The notes beneath the pieces were generated by a model, which saw only the letters and a list, made by a program, of their open reading frames with translations, did not search any database and had not been told where the DNA came from. A stretch of 53,598 bases of DNA from an uncultured Candidatus Saccharibacteria bacterium (GTDB taxonomy: Bacteria; Patescibacteriota; Minisyncoccia; Phycocordibacterales; Phycocordibacteraceae): NCBI GenBank assembly GCA_964357395.1, contig CAYHLC010000001.1, forward strand, positions 1 through 53,598, in the 5' to 3' direction. Positions 1 through 11,580 of the stretch are shown one piece after another. Both the position numbers and the translations under genes were made by a program. The stretch's first letter is position 1. Every line of letters starts with the position of its first letter.

Positions 1-2005
<2,005 letters not shown>

Positions 2006-2014
2006 GGCAGGTAT

Positions 2015-2042
2015 TTGACTTTTGTACGAACTTATGTATAAT
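2015..2042 (+). promoter_or_regulatory. Sigma70 promoter, leaderless
   Basis: TTGACT-N16-TATAAT, ATG 7 nt downstream at 2050. Confidence 0.7.
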
Positions 2043-2049
2043 GTGCCCC

Positions 2050-2250
2050 ATGGAAAGGGGCATTACCTATAGCTACTTCCCTGGCCGCAAGGGCATTCAA
2101 ATGGACGAGGGTCGGCTGATCAGCGCAGCGCACGCTGCTGCAGCAAAGGGTGACACCAAGAAACTTCTGAATATTCTTAAGTGGTTGCCTGCTTCCACCG
2201 CAGTAGCCATACTCACAGGACTCATTATGCTCGGTGCCAGCCACTCCTAG
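2050..2250 (+). CDS. Small orphan protein, 66 aa, hydrophobic C-terminus
   Basis: ORF directly behind a promoter; ends STAVAILTGLIMLGASHS. Confidence 0.55.
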   Translation: MERGITYSYFPGRKGIQMDEGRLISAAHAAAAKGDTKKLLNILKWLPASTAVAILTGLIMLGASHS

Positions 2251-2291
2251 TCACTGCTTGACGCCCCGGCGGGGAGGGGTAGGATGCGGGC

Positions 2292-2477
2292 ATGGCCGAA
2301 CAAGATTTTAATGCTTTGAGAGAGCGAGTAAAACGGACAGTTGATGAGGCTGCGCCCGAGATGTCGGAAGGTTGGAGAATGGGTGTTGCCTACCGTATTT
2401 TGTCGAACAACCCATTTACCTTTGGAGGCTTGACGGTTGTGGCAACCCTTGCCTTTATAGCCAGTTACAACGGATAG
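2292..2477 (+). CDS. Small orphan protein, 61 aa, C-terminal TM segment
   Basis: TTGACG(2258)-N16-TAGGAT-N6-ATG; hydrophobic FGGLTVVATLAFIA. Confidence 0.6.
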   Translation: MAEQDFNALRERVKRTVDEAAPEMSEGWRMGVAYRILSNNPFTFGGLTVVATLAFIASYNG

Positions 2478-2487
2478 CCCCTCAGGC

Positions 2488-2516
2488 TTGACGGGTAGGC
2501 GGGGATAGCATAGTAT
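2488..2516 (+). promoter_or_regulatory. Sigma70 promoter for the tuf-S10 cluster
   Basis: TTGACG-N17-TAGTAT about 130 nt upstream of tuf. Confidence 0.7.
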
Positions 2517-2646
2517 ACGAGCAACGCTTCACGCGTTTGGTTTTTTTGTCTGTGGACACCAGGCAAGAAGGGGGCGGGGCCAGCCTCCACACAACCGGCC
2601 CAGTTGTTTGATTTTAACCAAACTTAATAACGCTTAGATAAACTAT

Positions 2647-3852
2647 ATGGCAGGTGACTTTAATCGCACGAAGCCCCACGTTAACGTCGGTACTATTGGC
2701 CACGTTGACCACGGCAAGACGACGCTGACCGCAGCGCTTCTTAACGTATTGTCCCGCGCTGGCAACGGCTACGGCGCAACGGTGAAGGGTGTCGATGATA
2801 TCGACAAGGCCCCAGAGGAGAAGGCTCGTGGTATTACCATTTCGCTCTCGCACTCCGAGTACGAGACTCCCGGACGCCACTACGCGCACATCGACGCTCC
2901 AGGCCACGCTGACTACATCAAGAACATGATTACAGGTGCTGCCCAGATGGACGGCGCGGTATTGGTCGTCGCAGCAACCGACGGCGTGATGCCCCAGACT
3001 CGTGAACACATTCTCCTCGCCAAGCAGGTTGGCGTTCCAAAGATCATCGTCTTCCTCAACAAGGTAGACATGGTTGATGACAAGGACCTCATCGATTTGG
3101 TTGAGGAAGAGGTCCGTGAGCTCCTCACGAAGCAAGGCTTCGATGGCGCAGCTACCCCGGTTATCCGTGGTTCAGGCTTGAAGGCGCTTGAGTCGTCACT
3201 CGCTGGTAAGACTGATGAGTGGACAGAAAAGGTTATGGAACTTGCGAAGGCACTCGATGAGTACATCCCTCAGCCAGAGCGCGATGTCACGAAGCCATTC
3301 CTCATGCCGATCGAGGACATCTTCTCAATCGAAGGACGCGGCACCGTGGTGACGGGCCGAATTGAGCGCGGTATTGCTAAGGTTGGCGAGGAAGTCGAGA
3401 TCGTTGGGTTGAAGGCGACTGCTAAGACGACTATCACTGGTATTGAGATGTTCAACAAGTCTCTCCAGGAGGGTATGGCAGGTGACAATGCAGGCATCTT
3501 GCTCCGCGGTACTAAGAAGGACGACGTAACTCGTGGTCAGGTTATCGCAAAGCCAGGTACCGTGAACCCGCACACCGACTTTGAGGCAGAGGTCTACGTT
3601 CTGTCGAAGGAGGAGGGTGGCCGCCACACTCCATTCTTCTCAGGCTACAAGCCGCAGTTCTACGTCCGTACGACGGACGTGACCGGAGACGTGACGCTCC
3701 CCGAGGGAACTGAGATGGTGATGCCGGGCGATACGATCAAGTTTAAGGTCAAGCTCGTCGCACCAGTTGCGATGGAGGAGCAGATGCGCTTTGCGATCCG
3801 CGAGGGTGGCAAGACCGTCGGCGCCGGAGTGGTAACCAAGATTGTCGCGTAA
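2647..3852 (+). CDS. tuf: Elongation factor Tu
   Basis: [22 protein letters not shown] and NKVD motifs. Confidence 0.99.
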   Translation: MAGDFNRTKPHVNVGTIGHVDHGKTTLTAALLNVLSRAGNGYGATVKGVDDIDKAPEEKARGITISLSHSEYETPGRHYAHIDAPGHADYIKNMITGAAQMDGAVLVVAATDGVMPQTREHILLAKQVGVPKIIVFLNKVDMVDDKDLIDLVEEEVRELLTKQGFDGAATPVIRGSGLKALESSLAGKTDEWTEKVMELAKALDEYIPQPERDVTKPFLMPIEDIFSIEGRGTVVTGRIERGIAKVGEEVEIVGLKATAKTTITGIEMFNKSLQEGMAGDNAGILLRGTKKDDVTRGQVIAKPGTVNPHTDFEAEVYVLSKEEGGRHTPFFSGYKPQFYVRTTDVTGDVTLPEGTEMVMPGDTIKFKVKLVAPVAMEEQMRFAIREGGKTVGAGVVTKIVA

Positions 3853-3878
3853 GTACTATAGTGGACGCTGAAAAAAGT

Positions 3879-4241
3879 ATGGCCGAAACCAAAACAAAAA
3901 CAGCGTCCCGCAGCAAGAAGGTGGCAGACGCCTCGAACGCTAAGCTCCGCTTGAGCGTTCGAGGCTATGACCACAAAGTCTTGGATCAGTCAGTGAAGCA
4001 GATCATCGACACAGCACTTCGCTTCGATGCGCAAGTCGTGGGTCCCATTCCGCTTCCAACGGTGTTCAAGAAATTCACTGTGTTGCGCTCGTCGTTCATC
4101 TTCAAGAACGCGCAAGAGCAGTTCGAGATGCGCACCCACAAGCGCATTATTGATATTCTGAATCCAAATCCGAAGGTTGTTGACGCGCTCACCAACCTGT
4201 CGCTCCCGTCCGGTGTTTCAGTCGACGTGAAGATGATGTAA
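3879..4241 (+). CDS. rpsJ: 30S ribosomal protein S10 (alternative GTG start at 3861)
   Basis: GPIPLPT...EQFEMRTHKR; operon position. Confidence 0.97.
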   Translation: MAETKTKTASRSKKVADASNAKLRLSVRGYDHKVLDQSVKQIIDTALRFDAQVVGPIPLPTVFKKFTVLRSSFIFKNAQEQFEMRTHKRIIDILNPNPKVVDALTNLSLPSGVSVDVKMM

Positions 4242-4245
4242 TTGT

Positions 4246-4857
4246 ATGAAAAAGTTTTTCGTCGGCACTAAGAAGGGAATGACCCAGATCTTTGACAAGG
4301 ATGGCGTTGTCCATCCGGTCACGGTCGTTTCTGCAGATCCGGTAACGGTGACGCAGGTCAAGACGGTTGAGGTCGACGGCTATAGAGCGGTGCAAATCGG
4401 CTTCGGTACCCAAAAGGAGCACCGCATCAATAGGCCGCAGGTTAAGAAGGGCCTGTTTCGCGGCTACAAGGAATTTCGCGTGAGCGACCCCTCCACATTT
4501 ACTGTGGGGAGCGTCATTGAGGCGAGCGTCTTTGAGGAAGGTGAGGCAGTTACCGTTTCCGGTACCACCAAGGGTAAGGGCTTCCAAGGTGTGGTCAAGC
4601 GTCATGGCTTCCACGGCGGTCCACGCTCCCACGGTCAGAAGCACTCTGAACGTGAGCCAGGATCGATCGGTGGCGGCCCAGGCCGCGCCGGTGGTCGTGT
4701 GGTTCGTGGTATGCGCATGGGTGGCCGTATGGGGAGCGATCGAGTCACGACTGCGAACCTGAAGGTTATAAAGATCGACGCCGAGAAGAAGGAGATGTAC
4801 ATCGAGGGCGCACTTCCTGGACGTCCAGGTTCAGTAGTTGAGATCACACAAAAATAA
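4246..4857 (+). CDS. rplC: 50S ribosomal protein L3
   Basis: KKGMTQIF, KGKGFQGVVKR, PGSIG. Confidence 0.98.
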   Translation: MKKFFVGTKKGMTQIFDKDGVVHPVTVVSADPVTVTQVKTVEVDGYRAVQIGFGTQKEHRINRPQVKKGLFRGYKEFRVSDPSTFTVGSVIEASVFEEGEAVTVSGTTKGKGFQGVVKRHGFHGGPRSHGQKHSEREPGSIGGGPGRAGGRVVRGMRMGGRMGSDRVTTANLKVIKIDAEKKEMYIEGALPGRPGSVVEITQK

Positions 4858-4858
4858 T

Positions 4859-5524
4859 ATGAAGGCAGCAATTTACAACATCAAGGGCAAGGAGGCAGGA
4901 TCGATCGATCTTCCGGAGTCAATCTTCGGTGCCAAGAAGAATTCCGCACTTGTCCACCAGGTCGTGACTGCGATGCAGGCCAATGCTCGTTCGATGATTG
5001 CGAACACCAAGGGTCGTGGCGAGGTTCGTGGCGGAGGCCGCAAGCCCTGGGCACAGAAGGGTACTGGTCGCGCTCGCCACGGCTCCAGCCGATCGCCAAT
5101 CTGGCGCGGTGGAGGCACGACGCACGGTCCACTTGCAGAGAAGAATTACACCCAGAAGATCAACAAAAAGATGCGGGCCAAGGCGCTCGCCGTTACTCTT
5201 TCTGACAAGATGCGTGAGGGTCGCGTTATGTTTGTTGATGCGCTGGACATGAAAGCTCCTAAGACGAAGGAGGCACGAGCAGCGCTCACCGGCCTCGGTT
5301 CTGTTAAGGGTTTTGCAGAGGTCGCAACTCGCCGCAAGAACGCTATTCTCCTCGCACTTCCTACCAAGAACGTTGCAGTCATCAAGAGCTTCCAGAACAT
5401 GGGCCAAGTTATGGTCGAGGAGGTTCGTAACTTGAACCCTGTCGAGGTCCTGAAGTACCGCTACGTCGTCGTGGTTGATCCCGAAGTCTCTGTTAAGACA
5501 CTCGCTAGCCGAATGACTAAATAA
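4859..5524 (+). CDS. rplD: 50S ribosomal protein L4
   Basis: RKPWAQKGTGRARHGS. Confidence 0.98.
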   Translation: MKAAIYNIKGKEAGSIDLPESIFGAKKNSALVHQVVTAMQANARSMIANTKGRGEVRGGGRKPWAQKGTGRARHGSSRSPIWRGGGTTHGPLAEKNYTQKINKKMRAKALAVTLSDKMREGRVMFVDALDMKAPKTKEARAALTGLGSVKGFAEVATRRKNAILLALPTKNVAVIKSFQNMGQVMVEEVRNLNPVEVLKYRYVVVVDPEVSVKTLASRMTK

Positions 5525-5529
5525 TTTGT

Positions 5530-5952
5530 ATGGCAATCTTTGGAAAAAAGGCACCCGCAAAAAAGGCAACTACTAAGAAGGCTGCAGACAGCGTTGCGCC
5601 AGGTGGACTCGCAGATGTGATGAAGACGATCTCAGCGGGATCGAAGCAGAAGATGGCGCTTCCTGTAGTGGAGGGGCTGAAGCAGATTATCCGCCGTCCC
5701 CGCGTAACGGAGAAGGCCGCCAACCTCACCACTAACAACGTCTTTACCTTTGATGTGATGCCGGGCGCATCCAAGCATGACATAGTCCGCGCGATCAAGG
5801 CCCTCTACAAAGTCACCCCAAGGAAGGTCGCTGTTGTTAACACCATCGGCAAAAAGGTTTCGCTCCGCACTCGTCGTGGCTTCGGTGTTAAGAACGCTGC
5901 TCGCAAGGCGTATGTGTACCTGAAGGCAGGCGATAAAATAGATTTCGCATAA
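5530..5952 (+). CDS. rplW: 50S ribosomal protein L23 with about 50 aa Lys/Ala-rich N-terminal extension
   Basis: RPRVTEKA...KAYVYL core; operon position. Confidence 0.95.
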   Translation: MAIFGKKAPAKKATTKKAADSVAPGGLADVMKTISAGSKQKMALPVVEGLKQIIRRPRVTEKAANLTTNNVFTFDVMPGASKHDIVRAIKALYKVTPRKVAVVNTIGKKVSLRTRRGFGVKNAARKAYVYLKAGDKIDFA

Positions 5953-5956
5953 TCAT

Positions 5957-6814
5957 ATGGCACTCAAAAACTACAAACCACGCTCCCCTGGGCAAAGAGG
6001 CATGTCGGTAGTCAAGTACCGTGATCTCCTCACGACGGACAAGCCGCACAAGCGCCTTGTCTCAGGCGGTAAGTCGCGAGCAGGTCGCAACTCATTTGGT
6101 CGCATCACCACTCGCCACCAGGGCGGTGGCCACAAGAAGAACTTCCGAGCAGTCGACTTCATGTTCGACAAGAAGGATATGGGAGCTAAGGTCGAGCACA
6201 TCGAGTACGACCCACACCGAACGGGCTTTATTGCTCGTTTGGTCTACCGCGACGGAGAGCGCCGTTACATGCTTGCTCCGCAGTCACTGAAGGTGGGGGA
6301 CCAGGTCATCAATTCTGCCAACGCACCACTCACACCAGGTAACCGTCGCCCACTCGCACAGATTCCTGTCGGTACCTACGTCTACAACATCGAGATCCAT
6401 GCAAACGGTGGCGCCAAGATGAGTCGCTCAGCAGGCAACTATGCAGAGGTGATCGCCCACGACGGTGGCTATGCGCAAATCAAGCTCCCTTCGTCAGAAG
6501 TCCGTCGCGTTATCGATTCTGCATGGGCTTCAATCGGTGAGGTATCGAACCCAGAGTGGCACCTCGTTACGATTGGTAAGGCTGGTCGCGCACGTCACAT
6601 GGGTATCCGCCCAACCGTTCGTGGTACCGCTATGAACCCAGTTGACCACCCACACGGCGGTGGTGAGGGTCGCCAGGGCAGGGGCCTCCGCCGCGCAAAG
6701 TCCTTGTGGGGCAAGCCAACCGGCAAGGGCCAGAAGACTCGTACACCAAAGAAGTACTCAAACCCATTTGTTGTCTCGCGTCGCAAGGTCGGCAAGAAGC
6801 GCAACTCTGTCTAG
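5957..6814 (+). CDS. rplB: 50S ribosomal protein L2
   Basis: IEYDPHRT, VRGTAMNPVDHPHGGGEG. Confidence 0.99.
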   Translation: MALKNYKPRSPGQRGMSVVKYRDLLTTDKPHKRLVSGGKSRAGRNSFGRITTRHQGGGHKKNFRAVDFMFDKKDMGAKVEHIEYDPHRTGFIARLVYRDGERRYMLAPQSLKVGDQVINSANAPLTPGNRRPLAQIPVGTYVYNIEIHANGGAKMSRSAGNYAEVIAHDGGYAQIKLPSSEVRRVIDSAWASIGEVSNPEWHLVTIGKAGRARHMGIRPTVRGTAMNPVDHPHGGGEGRQGRGLRRAKSLWGKPTGKGQKTRTPKKYSNPFVVSRRKVGKKRNSV

Positions 6815-7476
6815 AGAAGCTCTTTCTCCTCGAACTCCTTGGCGCCGCTCGTGCGGACAAAGTCAGCATAGTTTGAGCGTTTGGTGCCCTCGAACTGGTC
6901 TAGGATGATCTCCTGCGCAAGCAGGCCTCCCCAGCGGTTTTCTTTTACATAATCAGTGAGCGAGGACCACGGATACCGGTCCTCCTTATCCTTCCAGGCC
7001 TTCAGCTCTCGCGGGTTCCTGTGTATGTAGGCAGAAAGATACATCAGCTGCTCGTTCGTCGCTACATGTACCGCTTTATACCGCCCCTGGAATACGTGGC
7101 CAGGAGATTGGTACTTCGCGTTGAAATACTTCGTATAAGCGTCGCCCAGCCGCTGCATATAGCGCGCTATTCCGCCTTCCACCAGTTCGCGCAGCAACAA
7201 ATGGTAGTGGTTACCCATAATACAGAAGCTAACAAGCTCTACAGACCGACCATTCAGCACGTTTAGGAAGTCTCTTTCGGACACATCAAATCCAGCTTCA
7301 GAGTATGTTGCAGCAAGTCTTCCAACCTTTGGAAATGGGGTAGGGGACTGAAAATAGATAACCTCGAATAGGAAGCGTGCCAAGTCATGCTTGTCGCGGA
7401 AGGTCGCAGTTTTGAAGGCGCCTCTGTTGTAGACGTGATAGTACTCGCCGGGAGCAATGGTGCGACGCAGCGTCAT
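6811..7476 (-). mobile_element. Y1 HUH transposase (IS200-like / REP-associated tyrosine transposase, RAYT type)
   Basis: [18 protein letters not shown] (HUH), GHVFQGRYK, YIHRNP and YPWSS motifs. Confidence 0.9.
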
Positions 7477-7486
7477 GTACTCATTA

Positions 7487-7510
7487 TGGCAAACACCCGG
7501 GTGTTTGCCA
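7487..7510. repeat. Perfect 24-bp palindrome next to the transposase start
   Basis: TGGCAAACACCCGGGTGTTTGCCA equals its own reverse complement. Confidence 0.95.
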
Positions 7511-7515
7511 ATAGG

Positions 7516-7544
7516 TTGACGGGGTGGGGAGGGCGCGCTACTAT
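7516..7544 (+). promoter_or_regulatory. Restart promoter for rpsS, leaderless
   Basis: TTGACG-N17-TACTAT, ATG 7 nt later. Confidence 0.75.
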
Positions 7545-7551
7545 AGCGCTC

Positions 7552-7899
7552 ATGGCACGATCGCTATCAAAAGGCCCGTACGTCTTCCAGAAGCTTCTGA
7601 AGAAGATCGAGGGCAAGCAACCACAGAAGACCGCCCCTATTAAGACCTGGGCGCGCGCATCACAAATAACACCAGAGATGGTGGGCTTTGTGTTTGCGGT
7701 ACACACTGGCAAGGACTTTGTTGATGTCCTCGTTACTGAGGAGATGGTAGGGCACCGCCTCGGCGAGTTTGCTCCTACGAAGAAGTTCACCCGTCACGGA
7801 GGTAAGATGCAGAAAGAAATGGAGCAGAAGAAGAAGGAGGGCGAGATCGCAGCAGCACAGGCTGCGAAGGCACCCGCTGCTGACGCTAAGAAGAAGTAG
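7552..7899 (+). CDS. rpsS: 30S ribosomal protein S19
   Basis: [28 protein letters not shown]. Confidence 0.98.
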   Translation: MARSLSKGPYVFQKLLKKIEGKQPQKTAPIKTWARASQITPEMVGFVFAVHTGKDFVDVLVTEEMVGHRLGEFAPTKKFTRHGGKMQKEMEQKKKEGEIAAAQAAKAPAADAKKK

Positions 7900-7910
7900 T
7901 CTGAAATACT

Positions 7911-8234
7911 ATGAAAGCCTTCCTCTCCAACTATCGCCAGTCACCACGTAAGACCCGCCTCGTTACGGAGCTTGTTAAGGGCAAGACCGTCCCACAGGCG
8001 CTGACCGCCCTCAAGTTCCTTGAGAAGCGTGCCGCAGCTCCAATTGCAAAGCTCATCGCGTCCGCTGCGGCGAACGCTGAGAAGCAGGGGGAGAACGCCG
8101 CAACGCTCGTTGTTAAGTCGATCACGGTAAATAAGGGATTGGTCCGCACCAAGTCGATGCCTCGCGCATTCGGCCGCGCGACCCCTATCCGCCGCCGCAT
8201 GAGTCACGTATCCGTAACACTCGGCAAGAAATAA
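7911..8234 (+). CDS. rplV: 50S ribosomal protein L22
   Basis: SPRKTRLV, SAAANA, PRAFGRA. Confidence 0.98.
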   Translation: MKAFLSNYRQSPRKTRLVTELVKGKTVPQALTALKFLEKRAAAPIAKLIASAAANAEKQGENAATLVVKSITVNKGLVRTKSMPRAFGRATPIRRRMSHVSVTLGKK

Positions 8235-8235
8235 T

Positions 8236-8961
8236 ATGACAAAAATTGTTCATCCGTACGCACACCGCCTTGGAGTCATCCGTGATTGGAAGAGTCGTTG
8301 GTTTGCTGCAGAGCCTAAGAAATACCGCGAGTTCCTCCGCGTCGACGCCGCTATCCGCAAGTTGGTTGCCCGCCGCACGAAGGGTGCGTACGTATCGCTG
8401 GTCGAGATCGAACGCTCTCAGAAGTCACTCCGCGTATCGATACACACGGCACGTCCTGGCATGGTTATAGGCCGCTCGGGAGAGAGTGCAACGAAGCTGA
8501 AGAAGGATCTCCTCCAGACGATGAAGTCGATGGGCCTCTCATCAGTCCCGACACTCGCGCTCGACATTGTTGAGATTCGCTCTCCAGAGTCGAACGCAGC
8601 TATTGTTGCTGCGATGGTGGTAGAGGGCTTGGAGAAGCGTATGCCGTTCCGCCGCGTCCTAAAGCAGACGATCGACAAGGTTATGGCAAATCGTGAGGTG
8701 CAGGGCGTCCGTATCCAGGTCTCTGGTATGCTCGGCGCAGGCTCGATGAGTCGCACTGAGAACTTGAAAAAGGGACGCGTCCCACTGCAGACCATCCGCT
8801 CGGACGTCGACTACGCGCACGACGAGGCCAACCTCCCACTTGGTAAGATCGGTGTTAAGACATGGATCTACCGGGGTGACATCTTTGCGGACCGCAAGGG
8901 TCAGGAGCCACGAGGTGCTGTAGTGGACTCACGCCCACACCGCCCTCGCACCAATCAATAA
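8236..8961 (+). CDS. rpsC: 30S ribosomal protein S3
   Basis: RPGMVIG, GRVPLQTIRSDVDY, IGVKTWIY. Confidence 0.98.
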   Translation: MTKIVHPYAHRLGVIRDWKSRWFAAEPKKYREFLRVDAAIRKLVARRTKGAYVSLVEIERSQKSLRVSIHTARPGMVIGRSGESATKLKKDLLQTMKSMGLSSVPTLALDIVEIRSPESNAAIVAAMVVEGLEKRMPFRRVLKQTIDKVMANREVQGVRIQVSGMLGAGSMSRTENLKKGRVPLQTIRSDVDYAHDEANLPLGKIGVKTWIYRGDIFADRKGQEPRGAVVDSRPHRPRTNQ

Positions 8962-8967
8962 ACCACT

Positions 8968-9387
8968 ATGCTATTTCCTAAAAAAGTTAAGTTTCGTAAG
9001 TGGCAGCGGAATCGAGAGAATCCGAAGAAGCTCCGCGTCGCAACGCGTGGCATTACGCTCGCCTTCGGCTCGCATGGCTTGAAGGCCACCGCCTCCGCTC
9101 AGATCACCTCGAACCAGATCGAGGCATCGCGCCGCGTCCTCGCACGTGCGCTCGGCAAGACCGGACGTGTGTGGGTGCGTATCTTCCCAGACCGACCAGA
9201 GACCAAGAAGGGAGGTGAGCTCCCGATGGGTAAGGGCAAGGGTGATCCGTACCGCTTTGTTGCCCGCGTACGTCCCGGCACGGTCCTCTTTGAACTCGAC
9301 GGAGTGCCGGACAAGGAGGCGCGGTCGTTCCTCGTTAGAAGCGGAGCCAAGCTTCCGGTAAAGACGGCCGTCGTCGTTCGCCATTAA
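8968..9387 (+). CDS. rplP: 50S ribosomal protein L16
   Basis: MLFPKKVKFRK, IFPD, MGKGKG. Confidence 0.98.
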   Translation: MLFPKKVKFRKWQRNRENPKKLRVATRGITLAFGSHGLKATASAQITSNQIEASRRVLARALGKTGRVWVRIFPDRPETKKGGELPMGKGKGDPYRFVARVRPGTVLFELDGVPDKEARSFLVRSGAKLPVKTAVVVRH

Positions 9388-9388
9388 T

Positions 9389-9574
9389 ATGAAAACAAAA
9401 GACATCAGAAAGAAGAGCGCGACTGAGCTGCAGAAGCTCCTTGGGCAAGAGGAGGCAGAGCTCCGCAACTTCCGCTTTGGTATGTCGGGGAGTCGAACCA
9501 AGAACGTCCGCCTCGCTCGCGCACTCAAGAAGACCATCGCCCGCATTAAAACGATAGCCCGAGAAGGAAACTAA
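9389..9574 (+). CDS. rpmC: 50S ribosomal protein L29
   Basis: Size, operon position, KKTIARIKT. Confidence 0.95.
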   Translation: MKTKDIRKKSATELQKLLGQEEAELRNFRFGMSGSRTKNVRLARALKKTIARIKTIAREGN

Positions 9575-9575
9575 T

Positions 9576-9818
9576 ATGGACAAACACACAGGCAAGCCAA
9601 AGACACTGGTCGGAGTAGTTACCTCGGACAAGATGAAGGACACCGTCACGGTCGCGGTCAACCGCTTCGTGAAGGATCCAAAATACAAGAAGTATGTGCA
9701 GCGCACCAAGAAGTACCTCGCACACGACGCTGGCAATACCCGCAAGATTGGCGAGCGTGTCACGATCCAGTCATCCCGCCCGATTTCGAAGCGTAAGCAC
9801 TTCGTCGTAATAAACTAA
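9576..9818 (+). CDS. rpsQ: 30S ribosomal protein S17
   Basis: GVVTSDKMKDT, RPISKRK. Confidence 0.97.
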   Translation: MDKHTGKPKTLVGVVTSDKMKDTVTVAVNRFVKDPKYKKYVQRTKKYLAHDAGNTRKIGERVTIQSSRPISKRKHFVVIN

Positions 9819-9819
9819 T

Positions 9820-10200
9820 ATGCTCCACGATCGCTCTCTCGTCGTTATTGCAGACAACTCCGGTGCCAAGATCGGACGCATCTTTAAAGTTCTTGGCGGC
9901 TCTAAGAAGCGCTACGCACAGGTTGGTGACCTCGTCATCCTCTCGGTGCAGATCGCTGAGCCTCGCAAGATGGTCAAGAAGAAGGACGTCCTCACTGCCG
10001 TCGTCGTGCGGCAGCGGAAGCCTGTCCGCCGCAAGGACGGGAGCTATATCCGCTTTGATGACAATGCTGTGGTGATCTTATCGAAGAACCCGAAGGATGT
10101 GTTTGAGCCAAAGGCGAACCGTGTCTTCGGCCCGATCCCACGCGAAATAGTGGACCTCGGCTACCAGAAGATCGGCTCGATGGCCCCCGAAGTTGTATAA
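9820..10200 (+). CDS. rplN: 50S ribosomal protein L14
   Basis: [25 protein letters not shown]. Confidence 0.98.
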   Translation: MLHDRSLVVIADNSGAKIGRIFKVLGGSKKRYAQVGDLVILSVQIAEPRKMVKKKDVLTAVVVRQRKPVRRKDGSYIRFDDNAVVILSKNPKDVFEPKANRVFGPIPREIVDLGYQKIGSMAPEVV

Positions 10201-10204
10201 TCGT

Positions 10205-10420
10205 ATGAAAATCAAAAAAGGAGACAAGGTAGTAGTAATAACTGGCACTGATAAGGGCAAGTCGGGCACGGTGGCACGCGCATTTCCCACAGAGGATCGT
10301 GTCCTCGTCGAGGGAATCAACATGCGCAAGCGCCATGCGAAGGGCCGACGTGGAGCCAAGGGTGAGATAGTCGAAAAGCCAATGCCAATCCACGTATCTA
10401 ACGTCAAACTCGCAAAATAA
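10205..10420 (+). CDS. rplX: 50S ribosomal protein L24, short 71-aa form
   Basis: [26 protein letters not shown]. Confidence 0.96.
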   Translation: MKIKKGDKVVVITGTDKGKSGTVARAFPTEDRVLVEGINMRKRHAKGRRGAKGEIVEKPMPIHVSNVKLAK

Positions 10421-10421
10421 T

Positions 10422-10976
10422 ATGACAAAAGGAGCAACATCTCGCACCGAGGACAAGACCAGCTACGAGGCGCTGAAAGGCGAGTTTGGCTATAAGAACA
10501 AGCTCCAGGCGCCACGCCTCACCAAGGTGGTCGTCTCGACCGGTACCGGAAAGATCAAGGATAAGAAGAAGGTAGAGCTGATCCAAAACCGTCTCGCCGC
10601 AATTACGGGACAGAAGAGCGCGCCTCGTGGCGCCAAGAAGTCGATCGCGACCTTCAAGGTCCGCCAGGGCGACGTCATTGGATTCCAGATCACGCTCCGC
10701 GGCTCGCGCATGTTCGACTTCCTCGACAAGCTGAACCACATCGCGCTCCCTCGCTCTCGCGACTTCCGTGGTATCAATGGAAAGGTGATCGATGACATGG
10801 GCAATATGACGATCGGCGTCAAGGAGCACACCATCTTCCCTGAGACGTCGGACGAAAACCTCTCCGACGTCTTCGGCTTCGCAATCACCCTCGTCTCGAC
10901 CGCAAAGAGCAAGAAAGAGGCAGAGGCATTCTTCCGCCACCTCGGCGTCCCCCTCCAGGGAGGAGAAGAGAAATAA
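10422..10976 (+). CDS. rplE: 50S ribosomal protein L5
   Basis: ITGQK, ALPRSRDFRG, IFPE. Confidence 0.98.
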   Translation: MTKGATSRTEDKTSYEALKGEFGYKNKLQAPRLTKVVVSTGTGKIKDKKKVELIQNRLAAITGQKSAPRGAKKSIATFKVRQGDVIGFQITLRGSRMFDFLDKLNHIALPRSRDFRGINGKVIDDMGNMTIGVKEHTIFPETSDENLSDVFGFAITLVSTAKSKKEAEAFFRHLGVPLQGGEEK

Positions 10977-10978
10977 CT

Positions 10979-11083
10979 ATGTCACTACATTCTGAATCTA
11001 CTCCAAACACTGAGCCTGATGAGGAGCCAGAAGCCGATCTCGACGACGCGCACTCTGACGAGGATCACCGAAATCACGATTAA
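10979..11083 (+). CDS. Putative 34-aa acidic/His-rich microprotein MSLHSESTPNTEPDEEPEADLDDAHSDEDHRNHD
   Basis: TAA-CT-ATG coupling to rplE; fills the gap up to the terminator exactly. Confidence 0.5.
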   Translation: MSLHSESTPNTEPDEEPEADLDDAHSDEDHRNHD

Positions 11084-11085
11084 CT

Positions 11086-11109
11086 AACCGCCCGAAAGGG
11101 CGGTTTTTT
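11086..11109 (+). terminator. Intrinsic terminator
   Basis: AACCGCCC-GAAA-GGGCGGTT followed by a T-run. Confidence 0.9.
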
Positions 11110-11151
11110 GTTAAATGTTGACAGGAAGTGCACGTACGGTAGGGTGTAGGC

Positions 11152-11502
11152 ATGGTTACTCAGACTCCAGATGGTTGGAGGAGGTGGCAAAGAGCTAACT
11201 CAAATTTTTGGTGGGTCGACAGCATACAAAAACCGGTATGGGCCACTTTTGCCGTGGCCGCACTGCTTGCCGTTGCGACATCACTCGCACCTGAACTTGA
11301 TACGGTAAATGCACCTATTGTTGACGACTGGTCATTTACTGATATGACCAAAGCAGTAACTTTTGGCTCTGGACTAACTCTGACGCTGCTCGCATTATAT
11401 AAATTTACTCAAATCTCTGCTGTTAACTCGCTCAACGAAACCACATTTGGATTGAGAGATGTCGCGGACGCGGTCTGGCCTTGGACTCCAGTGCGTGACT
11501 AA
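11152..11502 (+). CDS. Small orphan membrane protein, about 2 TM
   Basis: TTGACA(11118)-N16-TAGGGT-N6-ATG; two hydrophobic segments. Confidence 0.7.
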   Translation: MVTQTPDGWRRWQRANSNFWWVDSIQKPVWATFAVAALLAVATSLAPELDTVNAPIVDDWSFTDMTKAVTFGSGLTLTLLALYKFTQISAVNSLNETTFGLRDVADAVWPWTPVRD

Positions 11503-11580
11503 CGATATGTTCGCACACCCGGGCGGTTTTTTTCAATGATTGACCTATAAAGTTATAAGTGATTAGCTTCAGGGGCACTT

